Numbered from the stretch's first letter, positions 1 to 10,700 are shown. The stretch is 52,736 nt of DNA from Solirubrobacterales bacterium (GCA_036376775.1 DASUZP010000032.1:1-52736), one strand, 5' to 3'. Translations and numbers: made by a program. The notes: a model not told the origin generated them from the sequence alone.

Positions 1-2
1 AG

Positions 3-1082
3 GAGGAGCTCGGCGGCAAGGTCTCGGACCACTTCGAGTCGTTCGAGGAGGGGGCGTTCGCCGCCGCCTCGATCGGCCAGGTCCACCGCGCCGAGCTGCT
101 CGACGGCCGCCGCGTGGCGGTCAAGATCCAGTACCCGGGGATCGCCGAGGCGCTCGACGCCGACCTGCGCAACGCCGGCACGATCGTCCGCCTCGCCCGC
201 GCGCTGGCCCCCGGGCTCGATGCCAAGGCGATCGCCCACGAGATCCGCGAGCGCGTCATGGAGGAGCTCGACTACGAGTACGAGGCGCAGAACCAGCGCT
301 CCTTCGCCCGCGCCTACCGCGACCACCCGTTCATCTACGTGCCCGAAGTCGTCACCCGCCTCTCGCGCCGCCGCGTGCTCGTCACCGAGTTCGTCGAGGG
401 CATGGACTTCGAGCAGATCAAGCAGCTTCCCCATGACTCGCGCAGCCGCTTCGGCGAGATCGTCTTCCGCGGCAGCTTCGGCTCGATCTACCACCTGCGC
501 CACTTCAACGCCGATCCCCACCCGGGCAACTACTTCCTGATGGAGGACGGCCGCGTCGCCTTCCTCGACTTCGGCATGACCAAGAAGCTCGACCACGAGC
601 AGATCGTGCTCGAGCAGCGCGCCCTCGACGCCGCCTTCCACAGCAACCCGGAGGCGTTCCGCGAGGCCCTGCACGAGCTCGGCTTCGTCAAGAACCCCTC
701 GAAGCTCGACGCCGAACGACTGCTGGGGCACACGATGGCGGTCAGCGGCTGGTTCGTCGAGGATCGCGAGATCGAGATCACGCCGAAACGGGTGATGAAG
801 ATCATCGAGTCGACCCAGGACCCCCGCTCCGAGTACTACGACTTGATGCGTCGCGAGTCGCTGCCGGCCAACGAGCTGATGGGCAGACGGATGGAAATCG
901 GCGTCGTCGCCGTGCTCGGCCAGCTGCGCGCCAAGCGCAACTGGCACCGGATCATGCGCGAGTGGATCTATGCAGACCCACCTGCAACCGAGCTCGGCGA
1001 GCAGGAGTGGGAGTACTTCGAGGGAAGAGGCGTGAGGCAGACCCCGATTGTCGAGCGATCCCTGGAAGGAGATCAGCGATGA
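3..1082 (+). CDS. ABC1/UbiB-family atypical kinase, 5' end outside the window
   Basis: The frame is open from the window edge ([47 protein letters not shown]...), which matches the ABC1-domain pattern. It continues into listed ORF 114..1082. Confidence 0.8.
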   Translation, partial: EELGGKVSDHFESFEEGAFAAASIGQVHRAELLDGRRVAVKIQYPGIAEALDADLRNAGTIVRLARALAPGLDAKAIAHEIRERVMEELDYEYEAQNQRSFARAYRDHPFIYVPEVVTRLSRRRVLVTEFVEGMDFEQIKQLPHDSRSRFGEIVFRGSFGSIYHLRHFNADPHPGNYFLMEDGRVAFLDFGMTKKLDHEQIVLEQRALDAAFHSNPEAFREALHELGFVKNPSKLDAERLLGHTMAVSGWFVEDREIEITPKRVMKIIESTQDPRSEYYDLMRRESLPANELMGRRMEIGVVAVLGQLRAKRNWHRIMREWIYADPPATELGEQEWEYFEGRGVRQTPIVERSLEGDQR

Positions 1083-1939
1083 GCAGGATCAAACGCGGCT
1101 GGGCCTTGACGAAGAAGAGCTGGGGAGTGCTGAACGGCCACCGCGAGCTGGCCCGCTTCCCTCTATACGGGGCGGTCGCCACGATCCCGCTGGCCTTCGT
1201 CTTCCTCGGACCCGGGCTCTACTTCCTGGACAAGGACGTGCTCGGCGGCGCGATCCCGCTGCTGGTGATCGGCGTCTACGTGCTCAGTGTGGTCGGCTTC
1301 TACTTCAGCGTCGGGCTTGCGGCCGCCGCCGACATGATCTTCCGCGGCGAGCAGGCGACGGTCAGCGACGGGCTCGCCGTGGCGCGCAACCGCTTTTCCC
1401 AGATCTGTGGCTGGGCTGCGGTCTCGACCGCGATCAGCGTGCTGATGGGCGCGCTGGAAAACCAGGGTGGCATCGCCGGGACGATCGCCGCGCGGCTGGT
1501 CGGTATGGCGTGGTCGCTGGTCACCTTCCTTGCCGTGCCCGTGATCGCGATCGAGGGCACCGGGCCCTTCGAAACGTTGAAGCGCTCGTCGCACCTGTTC
1601 AAATCGCGCTGGGGCGCGCAGATCACCGGCAACATCGCAATCGGCGGCGCGATCTTCTTCTTCGGCGTGCTGCCGAGCGCGATCGTGATCGCGGCGGGTG
1701 TCCTCGTCTGGGCCTCGGCCAGCTTCGCCGGCGCCCTGCTGGTCGTCGTCGGCGCCATCGGCCTCGCCATCTCCCTGCTGATCAGCAAGGCGCTGAGCGG
1801 CATCTTCGGCGTCGCCCTCTACCGCTACACGCTCGACGGCGAGGCGGTCGGCGGCTTCACCGCCGCGGACATGGAGTCGGCCGTGAAGCGCAAAAAAAGC
1901 CGCAACGCCCCACCGACGGCGACGCCGGGCACGGTCTAA
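1079..1939 (+). CDS. Polytopic membrane protein (DUF6159 / GDPD-membrane-domain-like pattern)
   Basis: The internal ATG at 1079 overlaps the upstream stop (ATGA). The N-terminus [31 protein letters not shown] is followed by several hydrophobic helices. The longer listed ORF 962..1939 overlaps the upstream gene. Confidence 0.7.
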   Translation: MSRIKRGWALTKKSWGVLNGHRELARFPLYGAVATIPLAFVFLGPGLYFLDKDVLGGAIPLLVIGVYVLSVVGFYFSVGLAAAADMIFRGEQATVSDGLAVARNRFSQICGWAAVSTAISVLMGALENQGGIAGTIAARLVGMAWSLVTFLAVPVIAIEGTGPFETLKRSSHLFKSRWGAQITGNIAIGGAIFFFGVLPSAIVIAAGVLVWASASFAGALLVVVGAIGLAISLLISKALSGIFGVALYRYTLDGEAVGGFTAADMESAVKRKKSRNAPPTATPGTV

Positions 1940-2021
1940 CCCTCCCCGGGCCGCACCACTCCAACCGGGCCAACACCCGCAAACTCCGGCCAACCTCCCG
2001 CCCGAGGGGACGAAACTCCGT

Positions 2022-2066
2022 TCCGGTGCGCCTTATGTGTCTGTGGGGCACACAAAGCGCACCGGA
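2022..2066. repeat. H-family 45-nt palindromic hairpin, copy H1
   Basis: TCCGGTGCGCCTTATGTGTCTGTGGGGCACACAAAGCGCACCGGA. The stem is imperfect, and the ends TCCGGTGCGC/GCGCACCGGA are shared with H2 and H3. It contains the GTG start (2037) of the DUF559 ORF. Confidence 0.85.
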
Positions 2067-2975
2067 AGCCGCGGGCACGCCATTGCCGCTCTTGCTGAGC
2101 GGCAGCACGGTGTGGTCGCACGGCGACAGTTGCGAGCGCTGGGCCTCAGCGACACCGAAATAACCACTCGAACGGCCGCCGGGTATCTACAGCCTCTCTT
2201 TCGCGAAACGTTCGCGGTAGGCCATCGTCCAATCGACAGACGTGCTCGCATGCTGGCGGCCGTCCTCGCGTGCGGCGACGGCACGGTCCTCTCGCACAGC
2301 AGCGCCGCTGAGCTGATCGGGCTGTGGGACAAGCAGGCCGTACCGGTCGATGTCATCCCACCTGACTGGTCGGGCCGCAAGATCCGGGACATCCGTTGGC
2401 ACCGGGTGCTCTTCCCAGCCCCGGAGGAGATCGAAACCCTGCACGGAATCCGATGCACAACGCCTGCGCGAACTCTGGTCGATATGGCGGGGCGGGTCGG
2501 GCAGGAGTCGCTGCGCCGGCTGATCGAGCAGGCCGCCGTGCTGCGGGTGCTCGATGTCCGTGAGGTGGATCGCATCCTCGCCCGAGGCCGCAGGCGCGGT
2601 GCCCCGAACCTGCGCGCTCTGCTCGAAGTCTGGCGCACTGAGGACAACCGGAAGCCGCGCCTGCGCAGCCCCCTGGAGGCGCGCTTCCTGCCTGTACTGG
2701 TGACGGCAGGCATCCCAGCGCCGGAGTGCAACGTCAAGCTTCGTATCGACGGCGAGCCGCTGGAGATCGACCTGCTATGGAAAGAGCAGCGCCTGGCAAT
2801 CGAAACCGACGGCGAGGAAACGCATGGAACGCGGGGTGCCTTCCAGAGCGACAGGCGACGCGATCAGCTCCTGCTCGCAGCCGGATACCGAGTCGGCCGC
2901 GTCACATGGCGGCAAGTGGAAGACGAACCGGCCGCCGTTGCCATTCGGATCAAGCGCATGCTCGCTATCGACTAG
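2037..2975 (+). CDS. DUF559 / AbiEi_4-like N-terminal domain protein (Vsr-like endonuclease fold family)
   Basis: AIAALAERQHGVVARRQLRALGLSDTEITTRTAAG at the N-terminus and LEIDLLWKEQRLAIETDGEETHG...DRRRDQLLLAAGYRVGRVTWRQV at the C-terminus match the actinobacterial DUF559 pattern. The start is uncertain (GTG 2037 or 2043, both inside hairpin H1). Confidence 0.75.
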   Translation: MSVGHTKRTGSRGHAIAALAERQHGVVARRQLRALGLSDTEITTRTAAGYLQPLFRETFAVGHRPIDRRARMLAAVLACGDGTVLSHSSAAELIGLWDKQAVPVDVIPPDWSGRKIRDIRWHRVLFPAPEEIETLHGIRCTTPARTLVDMAGRVGQESLRRLIEQAAVLRVLDVREVDRILARGRRRGAPNLRALLEVWRTEDNRKPRLRSPLEARFLPVLVTAGIPAPECNVKLRIDGEPLEIDLLWKEQRLAIETDGEETHGTRGAFQSDRRRDQLLLAAGYRVGRVTWRQVEDEPAAVAIRIKRMLAID

Positions 2976-2980
2976 CCCGC

Positions 2981-3025
2981 TCCGGTGCGCTTTATGTGTC
3001 CCACAGGCACATAAAGCGCACCGGA
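2981..3025. repeat. H-family 45-nt palindromic hairpin, copy H2
   Basis: TCCGGTGCGCTTTATGTGTCCCACAGGCACATAAAGCGCACCGGA has a perfect 18-bp stem and begins 6 nt after the DUF559 stop. Its reverse complement matches H1 at 41/45 positions (hand count). Confidence 0.85.
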
Positions 3026-3047
3026 GGCAGCTCAGAGCTCTCCGGGC

Positions 3048-3791
3048 TCAGCTGGCGTCGACAAGGCCCGCGAACAGGCGGGGGTCGTTGGAGCAGATGC
3101 CGTCGACGCCCGCTGCCACGAGCTTCTTCATGCGCCCCAGGTCATCGACCGTCCAGGCGATCAACTCGACTCCGGCCAAACCGGTGATCTTGGCGAGCTG
3201 ACGGCTGACCAGCGGGTGGTATACCCACATCGCCTCCACCCCCATCTTCGGCAACTCGCGCGCGGCGAGGCCAGGGAGACGCTGCCGCATCCAGGCCAGG
3301 GCGGCCAGCATCGGCGCCTTCGCCCAGCGCTTCGACGCCCAGTCCTTGGTCACTTTGGGATAGGTCCAGCCGCGGCGCAGGTCCGGCTCCAGCACGCCGA
3401 TCCGGGCCAGGGTCGAGAGCTCCATGGTCGAGACCATCGCGCGGCTGAGCAGCCCGCGCTCGCGGACGGCCGCGACGATCTCCTCCTCCCGCCCCGGCAG
3501 CTTGATGTCGAGGTCGATCTCGACCTTGTCCAGCGGCGGCTTCGCGAAGGCGTCGAGCGCTTTCGCCAAGGTCAGCGGCTCGCGCCCTTCCGCGTCATGC
3601 CAATCGTGGGCGACGATCAGCGGCGTGCGCTCCGCTGCCGCCAGACGGGGGTGGCCGTCGCGAGTCCAGAGGACGTCGATCTCGACCGTGTCGACGCCGG
3701 CCTCGACCGCGGCGGCAAAACTCTCCAGCGTGTTCCCGGGAGCGATCAGATCGGCGCCCTTGTGGCCGACCAGGCGGAGACCGTCGGGCAC
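3048..3791 (-). CDS. Glycerophosphodiester phosphodiesterase family protein
   Basis: VGHKGADLIAPGNTLESFAAAVEAGVDTVEIDV... is a GDPD signature. The GTG at 3791 overlaps the prs stop by 1 nt (TAGTG). The remainder of listed ORF 3048..4403 overlaps prs and is not coding. Confidence 0.8.
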   Translation of the reverse strand: MPDGLRLVGHKGADLIAPGNTLESFAAAVEAGVDTVEIDVLWTRDGHPRLAAAERTPLIVAHDWHDAEGREPLTLAKALDAFAKPPLDKVEIDLDIKLPGREEEIVAAVRERGLLSRAMVSTMELSTLARIGVLEPDLRRGWTYPKVTKDWASKRWAKAPMLAALAWMRQRLPGLAARELPKMGVEAMWVYHPLVSRQLAKITGLAGVELIAWTVDDLGRMKKLVAAGVDGICSNDPRLFAGLVDAS

Positions 3792-4819
3792 TAGAAGAGC
3801 TGGTTCTCGCCGGCGAAGATCTCGGAGACCGAGTCGTCGGTGAAGATGCGGCGGATCGAGTCGGCGAAGGTGCCGGCGGTCGAGAGCACCGTGATGTTGT
3901 CCGGGGCACCGGGACGAAGCGGGATCGTGTCGGTGACGACTATCCGCTCGATCGCCGAGCCCGCCAGCCGCTCGTAGGCCGGGCCGGAGAAGACGCCGTG
4001 CGTGGCGCAGGCGATCACCCGCGCGGCGCCCTCGTCGAGCACCGTCTGTGCGGCGGCGCAGAGCGTCCCCGCGGTATCGATCATGTCGTCGACGAGGACC
4101 GCCGTCTTGCCCTTGACGTCGCCGACCACGTAACCGATCTCGGCGACCTGCTGGGCGGGGCGCTCCTTCTCCATCACCGCCCAGTGGGTGCCGATGCGGC
4201 GGGCGAAGTTGCGCGCGGTCTTGACCCGGCCGGCGTCGGGGGAGACGATCACCAGCTCCTCGCTCAGTTCCTGGTCGGCAAACCACTGGGTCAGCATCGG
4301 CATCGCCGTCATGTGGTCGACCGGAACGTGGAAGAAGCCCTGCACCTGACCGGCGTGCAGATCCATGGTGAGGACGCGGTCCGTACCGACTCCCTCCAGG
4401 CACTTGGCCATGATGCGGGCCGAGATCGGCTCGCGTGGGGCGGACTTCTTGTCCTGACGGGCGTAGCCGTACCAGGGCAGGACGGCGATGATGCGGTGCG
4501 CGGAGGCGCCCTGGGCGGCGTCGATCATGGTCAGCAGCTCGACCAGGGCGTCGTTCGGGGTCATCTCGCTCTGTTCGTTGGCGCAGGTCGACTGGACGAT
4601 GAAGACGTCGGCGCCGCGAATCGACTCCTCGTAGCGGCAGTAGACCTCGCCGTTGGCGAAGGTCTTCAGCGTCACCTGGCCGAGATCAAGGTCGAGCTTG
4701 CCGGCGACTTTGGCCGCCAGCTCCATCGAGCTGCGGCCGCCGAAGACCATCATCCGCTTCGAGTAGTCGTGCGGGATGGCGGTCGGCGCCGCCTCGGGGC
4801 GCTGCTCGATCGTGCTCAC
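3791..4819 (-). CDS. prs: Ribose-phosphate pyrophosphokinase
   Basis: KTFANGEVYCRYEESIRGADVFIVQS... and DLHAGQVQGFF... with the VLVDDMIDTAGT PRPP-binding loop. It sits directly downstream of glmU with a GTGA overlap. Confidence 0.95.
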   Translation of the reverse strand: MSTIEQRPEAAPTAIPHDYSKRMMVFGGRSSMELAAKVAGKLDLDLGQVTLKTFANGEVYCRYEESIRGADVFIVQSTCANEQSEMTPNDALVELLTMIDAAQGASAHRIIAVLPWYGYARQDKKSAPREPISARIMAKCLEGVGTDRVLTMDLHAGQVQGFFHVPVDHMTAMPMLTQWFADQELSEELVIVSPDAGRVKTARNFARRIGTHWAVMEKERPAQQVAEIGYVVGDVKGKTAVLVDDMIDTAGTLCAAAQTVLDEGAARVIACATHGVFSGPAYERLAGSAIERIVVTDTIPLRPGAPDNITVLSTAGTFADSIRRIFTDDSVSEIFAGENQLF

Positions 4820-6207
4820 GAATCCTCCTCATGGGCCCGCGCGGACTTGCCCTCCGCGTAGCCCTCGATGTTCCTCTGGTCGTTCTCGCTCACCGCTAGC
4901 GCCCCCTCAGGGACGTCCTTCTTGATCACCGCTCCGGCGCCAGTGTAGGCGGCGTCCCCGACTTGTACCGGGGCGATCAGCATCGTGTCAACGCCGAGGC
5001 GCACGTCCCTGCCGATCGTCGTGCGGTGCTTGCGGAAACCGTCGTAGTTGGCGGTGATCGTGCCGGCGCCCAGATTGCTGCCCGCGCCGACATCGGCGTC
5101 GCCGACATAGGCCAGATGCGGCACCTTGGCGCCGGCGCCGATCTGCGAGTTCTTGATCTCGACGAAGGTGCCGGCCTTGGCGCCCTGCTCGAGGTGGGCG
5201 CCGGGGCGCAGGTAGGCGAAGGGGCCGACGCTGCAACCGTCGAGGACGTCGCACTCGACCAGGTAGGAGTGCGGCGCGGCGACGTCCTCGCCGAGACGGG
5301 AATCGATCAGCGTGCTGAGCGGTCCGACGACCGAGCGGGCGCCGACCGCCGTGGCGCCGCGCAGGCTGGTGCCGGGCTCGATCCGCGCGTCGGCGGCGAT
5401 CTCGACGTCGACATCGACCCAGGTCGTGCCGGGATCGACGACGGTGACGCCGGTCAGCATGTGCTTCTCGAGGATCCGACGACTGCCCTCCGCCTCGACC
5501 GCCGCCAGCTCGGCCCTGTTGTTGACCCCCATCGTCACCGCGAAGTCGTCGGCGCGGTGTCCGGCGACGGAATGGCCGGCCTCACGCAGGGCAGCGAAGA
5601 CGTCGGTGAGGTAGTACTCGCCCTGGGCGTTGTCATTTGACAATCCCGCCAGAGCGATCGCGAGCGGGCCGGCATCGAAAGCGTAGGTGCCGGCGTTGAT
5701 CTCGCGGACCGCGAGCTCCTCGGCACCGGCATCGCCATCGGCTTTCGCCTCGACCACACGCTCGACCTCGCCGTCGGTACCGCGTACGACGCGTCCGTAG
5801 CTACCCGGATCGTCGAGTTCGATGGTCATCATCGTCGCGGCAGCGCCCGAGGAGGCGTGGGCTTCGAGGAAGCCGGAGACGATCTCGGCGGAGATCAGCG
5901 GGTGGTCTCCGGAGAGGACGAGAACCGTCTCCGCTTCTTCGATCAGCGGCAGGGCAGCGCGCACGGCGCCCCCGGTGCCGTCCGGCTGCGGCTGCACAAC
6001 CGTCTCGACGTCCTGAGGGAGGCCGACGGAGATGTCGATGCCGGGCGAGACGATCGCTGCCACGCGACCCGCGCCGGCCTCGCGCGCGGCAAGGATCGGC
6101 CAGGCAACCAAGGGTCGCCCGCAGACGGGATGAAGCATCTTCGGCAAGCTCGAGCGCATGCGGGTGCCAGCGCCGGCCGCCATGACGAGGACCAGAGGGG
6201 AACTCAC
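4816..6207 (-). CDS. glmU: Bifunctional GlcNAc-1-P uridyltransferase / GlcN-1-P acetyltransferase
   Basis: LVLVMAAGAGTRMRSSLPKMLHPVCGRPLV is the nucleotidyltransferase motif, and the C-terminus has left-handed beta-helix hexapeptide repeats. The GTG at 6207 was chosen as start (ATG 6183 is an alternative). The upstream 117 codons of the listed ORF run through repeat elements. Confidence 0.9.
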   Translation of the reverse strand: MSSPLVLVMAAGAGTRMRSSLPKMLHPVCGRPLVAWPILAAREAGAGRVAAIVSPGIDISVGLPQDVETVVQPQPDGTGGAVRAALPLIEEAETVLVLSGDHPLISAEIVSGFLEAHASSGAAATMMTIELDDPGSYGRVVRGTDGEVERVVEAKADGDAGAEELAVREINAGTYAFDAGPLAIALAGLSNDNAQGEYYLTDVFAALREAGHSVAGHRADDFAVTMGVNNRAELAAVEAEGSRRILEKHMLTGVTVVDPGTTWVDVDVEIAADARIEPGTSLRGATAVGARSVVGPLSTLIDSRLGEDVAAPHSYLVECDVLDGCSVGPFAYLRPGAHLEQGAKAGTFVEIKNSQIGAGAKVPHLAYVGDADVGAGSNLGAGTITANYDGFRKHRTTIGRDVRLGVDTMLIAPVQVGDAAYTGAGAVIKKDVPEGALAVSENDQRNIEGYAEGKSARAHEEDS

Positions 6208-6230
6208 CTTTGGATCGTAATGCTGCGGGA

Positions 6231-6343
6231 GGGAGGATGGGGCATCCCTCCGCTTGCTGGGTTTTCGCCACCAGCGCCGGAAGCTCTTGCTGACCGTAGG
6301 GGCGAAAACGGACGCCGCGCACTCCGGGATGCCCCATCCTCCC
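6231..6343 (+). repeat. F1-family structured repeat, copy A
   Basis: The outer stem is a perfect 18 bp, GGGAGGATGGGGCATCCC / GGGATGCCCCATCCTCCC. The conserved interior is TCCGCTTGCTGGGTTTTCGCC ... GGCGAAAACGGACGCCGCGCACTCC. Confidence 0.85.
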
Positions 6344-6443
6344 CACCCCCAACGCCGCAGGGTGAACAAGCTCACTGGAAAGCTGGGTGCCCTTGCCTCC
6401 GCTTTGGTCTCAAGCGACATTCCCCGAGCTACGAAACCGGGGC

Positions 6444-6567
6444 GGGGATGACGTGGGGTGCCCCTGGAGTGCGCGGCGTCCTGTTTTTCGCCCCGCCAGC
6501 TTGGCGAGAGCTGATGAGTCCGAGGCGAAAAACCCAGCAAGCGGAAGGGGCACCCCACGTCATCCCC
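6444..6567 (-). repeat. F1-family structured repeat, copy B (inverted relative to A)
   Basis: The outer stem is a perfect 21 bp, GGGGATGACGTGGGGTGCCCC / GGGGCACCCCACGTCATCCCC. The interior is the reverse complement of the copy A core (GGAGTGCGCGGCGTCCTGTTTTTCGCC ... GGCGAAAAACCCAGCAAGCGGAA). It ends 10 nt from the hdeD-like stop. Confidence 0.85.
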
Positions 6568-6577
6568 TCAGCCCGGC

Positions 6578-7156
<579 letters not shown>

Positions 7157-7265
7157 CTAAGCGCCGCGCCGGACACAATCAAGTTCCTTGCAATGGGCAT
7201 ATGATCGGCCTTTCTGGAGAACTCAAGGGCGACTTTGGCCTGTGAGCTGACGCAGGAGGAGACAG

Positions 7266-7676
7266 ATGAATGCGATGGTGATTGCAGGAGCATCGGCCGA
7301 GTTACCGACCGAGCCGCTCAAACCAGCCAAACCAGCAGGCACCCAGGAGGGCTGGAGCGACAAGATCAAGGCCATCGGGGGGCTCGTGGCAGTGGCCTTT
7401 GGCGTGCTGGCCGTGGCGATCATCGCAATCGTCGCCGTGGCCGAGGGCACGAGCACCGCCTCGACGATTGCCGGCTCGACCAGCGGCGTGATCGCGACGA
7501 TCGTCGGCGCCTACTTCGGCGTCAAGGTGGGCACCGACCAGGGCAAGACCGCGATGGAGAACCAGAAAGCCGAAGCGGCCAAAGCCCAGGTGTTCGCCGC
7601 CCACCTCCCCGCCGAGCAGGCAAAAGACGTCCTCGAGCTGAGCAAGAAAGCCGCCCAGGACGCCCTCGGCAAGTAA
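7266..7676 (+). CDS. Hypothetical small membrane protein (two predicted TM helices, amphipathic Ala/Lys-rich C-terminus)
   Basis: An AGGAGGAG RBS lies 4 nt upstream of the ATG. No family was recognised. Confidence 0.6.
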   Translation: MNAMVIAGASAELPTEPLKPAKPAGTQEGWSDKIKAIGGLVAVAFGVLAVAIIAIVAVAEGTSTASTIAGSTSGVIATIVGAYFGVKVGTDQGKTAMENQKAEAAKAQVFAAHLPAEQAKDVLELSKKAAQDALGK

Positions 7677-7695
7677 TCCATAGGCCGGAACGGAG

Positions 7696-7766
7696 CTGGG
7701 GAGCCCGGACTCGAACCGGGATAACGGGCTCCAAAGGCCCGGGGCTTGCCATTAGCCGACTCCCCA
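7696..7766 (-). tRNA. tRNA-Gln (anticodon UUG)
   Basis: Hand-folded cloverleaf on the minus strand: acceptor TGGGGAG/CTCCCCA with the U1-A72 pair typical of bacterial tRNA-Gln, D arm GGCT-AATGGCA-AGCC, anticodon arm CGGGC-CTTTGGA-GCCCG, T arm CCCGG-TTCGAGT-CCGGG, discriminator G. CCA is not encoded. Confidence 0.9.
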
Positions 7767-7785
7767 GCGCGGCTTCAGCGTAGCG

Positions 7786-10700
7786 TCAGCCGACCGGCTC
7801 GCGCTCGGGAGGAAGCTTGCCGCCTCGGTCGGTGCCGGCGATCAGCTCGTCCGGCGCCTTGTCCTCGGGGATGAAGCCGGACTTCATGCCGAAGTAGACC
7901 GCCTGCGGGTGGTGGGCGACGATCGCCACCGTCGATTGCTCGGGCATCACGGCGTAGCCGTCGGAGAGGGTCATGCCGATCTGCTCGAGGTCGAGCAGGC
8001 GCCAGACCTTCTCGTGCTCGGACTGGTCCGGGCAGGCCGGGTAGCCCCAGGAGTAGCGGCGGCCCTGGTCGGGATCGATACCGAGCTCGCGGCGCACCCG
8101 CGCATGCAGCCACTCGGCCAGACCCTCGGCCGCCTGCACGCCGAGGCCGTGGACGAAGAGCTGCTCGGCGAACTCGCCTTCGCTCTCCAGCCGCTCGATC
8201 AGCTCGGTCACCTCGGGACCGACCGTGACGCCCTGCAGGGCGACCACGTCGCGTTCGCCGCTCTCCAGCGGGCGGTAGAAGTCGGCGAGGCAGATGCGGT
8301 CGTGCTTGGGCTGGCGGGGGAAGACGAGCCGCTCCAACTCGCGCTCGGGATCGTCGGGGTCGAAGACGATCAGCTCATTGCCCGCAGAGTTGCAGGGGAA
8401 ATATCCGAGCCGCGCCCGCGGCTGGAGGTAGTTCTGCTCGCGCCACATCCGCTCCAGGCGGGGAGCGAAGCCCTCCTCTTCGCCATTGCCCTCGACCAGT
8501 TCGCGCCAGGCCTCGCCCTTGACCCCTTTGCCGCCCCAGTGCAGCTTGAAGAGCACGTGGCGGTCGAGGTATGGGAAGACCTCGTCGAGGTCGATCTCGA
8601 CCTCGCGAACGCCCGGGAACGGCGACGCGGGGATCGGGTTGTCGGTGACGGCTGCGGAGCGCACGCTGGCGTCGCTGGTCGGCGGCGAGTCGTCGACGAC
8701 GACCGGCTTCTCGCGCAGCTGCCGTGCCTCGGCCCGGATCCGCTCGACCAGCGCCTCGCGCGCCGGCTCGTCCACCAGGGCATCCATCGTGTCCAGTCCC
8801 TGGAAGGCGTCCTTGCAGTAGAAGACGCCGGGCGCGTAGACGTCGTCGGACTCTTTGCCGTGCGGGTAAAGCGTGCGACGGCCGAAGTCGCGGTTGATCG
8901 CGGCGCCGCCGATCAGCACCGGGAACTCGAGCCCGCGCTGGTGCAGCTCCTGTACGCAGATCGGCATCTGCTTCGAGGTCGAGACGAGCAGCGCCGAGAG
9001 GCCGATCGCGTCGGCCTCGTTCTCGACCGCGGCCTCGATGATCGTCTCGACCGGAACCTGCTTGCCGAGGTCGACCACGGTGTAGCCGTTGTTGGTGAGG
9101 ATCGTGTTGACCAGCGACTTGCCGATGTCGTGGACGTCGCCGAACACGGTCGCGATCACGACCTTGCCCTTGCTATGGCCCTCTATCCGGTCGAGGTAGT
9201 TCTCCAACCGCGCCACGGCACGCTTCATCACTTCGGCCGACTGCAGGACGAAAGGCAAGATCAGTTCGCCGGCGCCGAACTTGTCGCCGACCTCCTTCAT
9301 CGCCGGCAACAGCACCTCGTTCAGCGTCGGGACGGCGCCGATCTTCTCGTTCGAGCGGTCGATCCACTCCTCGACCCCGTCCTTCTTGCGGCGCAGGATG
9401 TGCCAGTGCAGGGCCTCCTCGGGCTCCATCCCCTCGGTCGGGTCGCCGACCTCCTCGGCCGCTTCCTCGCCCTTCGACTCGAAGTGGGCGATGAAGCGCT
9501 CGAGCGCGTCCTCGCGCCGGTTGAAGACGAGGTCGTCGGTCAGCTCGCGCTCCTCGTCGGAGATCTCCGAGTAGGGAGTGATGTGGTTGGGGTTGACCAT
9601 CGCCAGGTCGAGCCCGGCCTCGACGCAGTGGTGGAGGAAGACCGAGTTGAGCACGGCGCGGGCCGGCTGTCCGACGCCGAAGGAGACGTTGGAGACGCCG
9701 AGCGAGGTCTTCACGCCGGGGATCTCGGCCTTGATTCGCCGGATTCCCTCGATCGTCTCAACCGCCGAGGGCTTCCACTCGTCGTCGCCGGTGGTCAGGG
9801 TGAAGGTGAGTGCGTCGAAGATCAGCGCCTCGGGGTCGAGGCCGTGCTCCTCGCAGACCAGGTCGCGGATCCGCTTTGCGATCTCGACCTTGCGCTCGGC
9901 CGTCTTCGCCATGCCGACCTCGTCGATCGTCAGCGCGATCAGCGCCGACCCGTGCGCCTTTGCCAGCGGCGCGACGACGTTGGCCTTGTCCTCCCCCGCC
10001 TCGAGGTTGATCGAGTTGACGATCGCCCGCCCGGGGATCTTCTCCAGCGCCGCCTCGATCACGTTCGGCTCGGTCGAGTCGACCTGGATCGGCGCCGGCT
10101 GGGTCAGCGAAATCCGCTCGACCACGGCCACCATCTGCTCGTCCTCGTCGGCGCGCTCGGTCAGCGCCACGCAGATGTCGAGCACGTGGGCGCCGCCTTC
10201 GACCTGGTCTTCGGCGACCTGGACGAGGCCGTCGTAGTCGTCGGCAAGCAACAGCTCCTTCGCCTTGCGCGAGCCCTGCGAGTTGACCCGCTCGCCGACC
10301 AGGGTCGGGCGCGGCTCCTGGACCAGCGGCGTCGAGGTCATCATCGAGGAGACCTCGATCGGCCCCGGCGCCGGGCGCTCGCCCGGCACGCGGCCGTCGA
10401 CCCGCTCGCGGATCGCCGCGATGTGCTCGGGGGTCGTCCCGCAGCAACCGCCGACGATGCCGACGCCGTAGCGCTCGACGAACTCGCCCAGAGTCGCCGC
10501 CAGCGGCTCGGGCTGTTCGGGGAAGATCGTCTCGCCGTCGGGGCCCTGCAGAGGCAGGCCGGCATTGGGGATGCAGTGGACCGGCAGCGGGCTGCGCTCG
10601 CCGAGGAAGCGGATCGCCTCGCGCATGTCCTCGGGGCCGGTCGAGCAGTTGAGCCCGATCACGTCGACGTCGAGCGCGGTCAGCGTCGTCAGCACCGCCT

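Noticed and set aside
6208-6558. A 117-codon N-terminal extension of the glmU ORF.
   Set aside because: The extension reads straight through both F1 repeat elements and the spacer between them. Its translation has no GlmU-like sequence. The conserved LVLVMAAGAGTRM nucleotide-binding motif begins right after GTG 6207.
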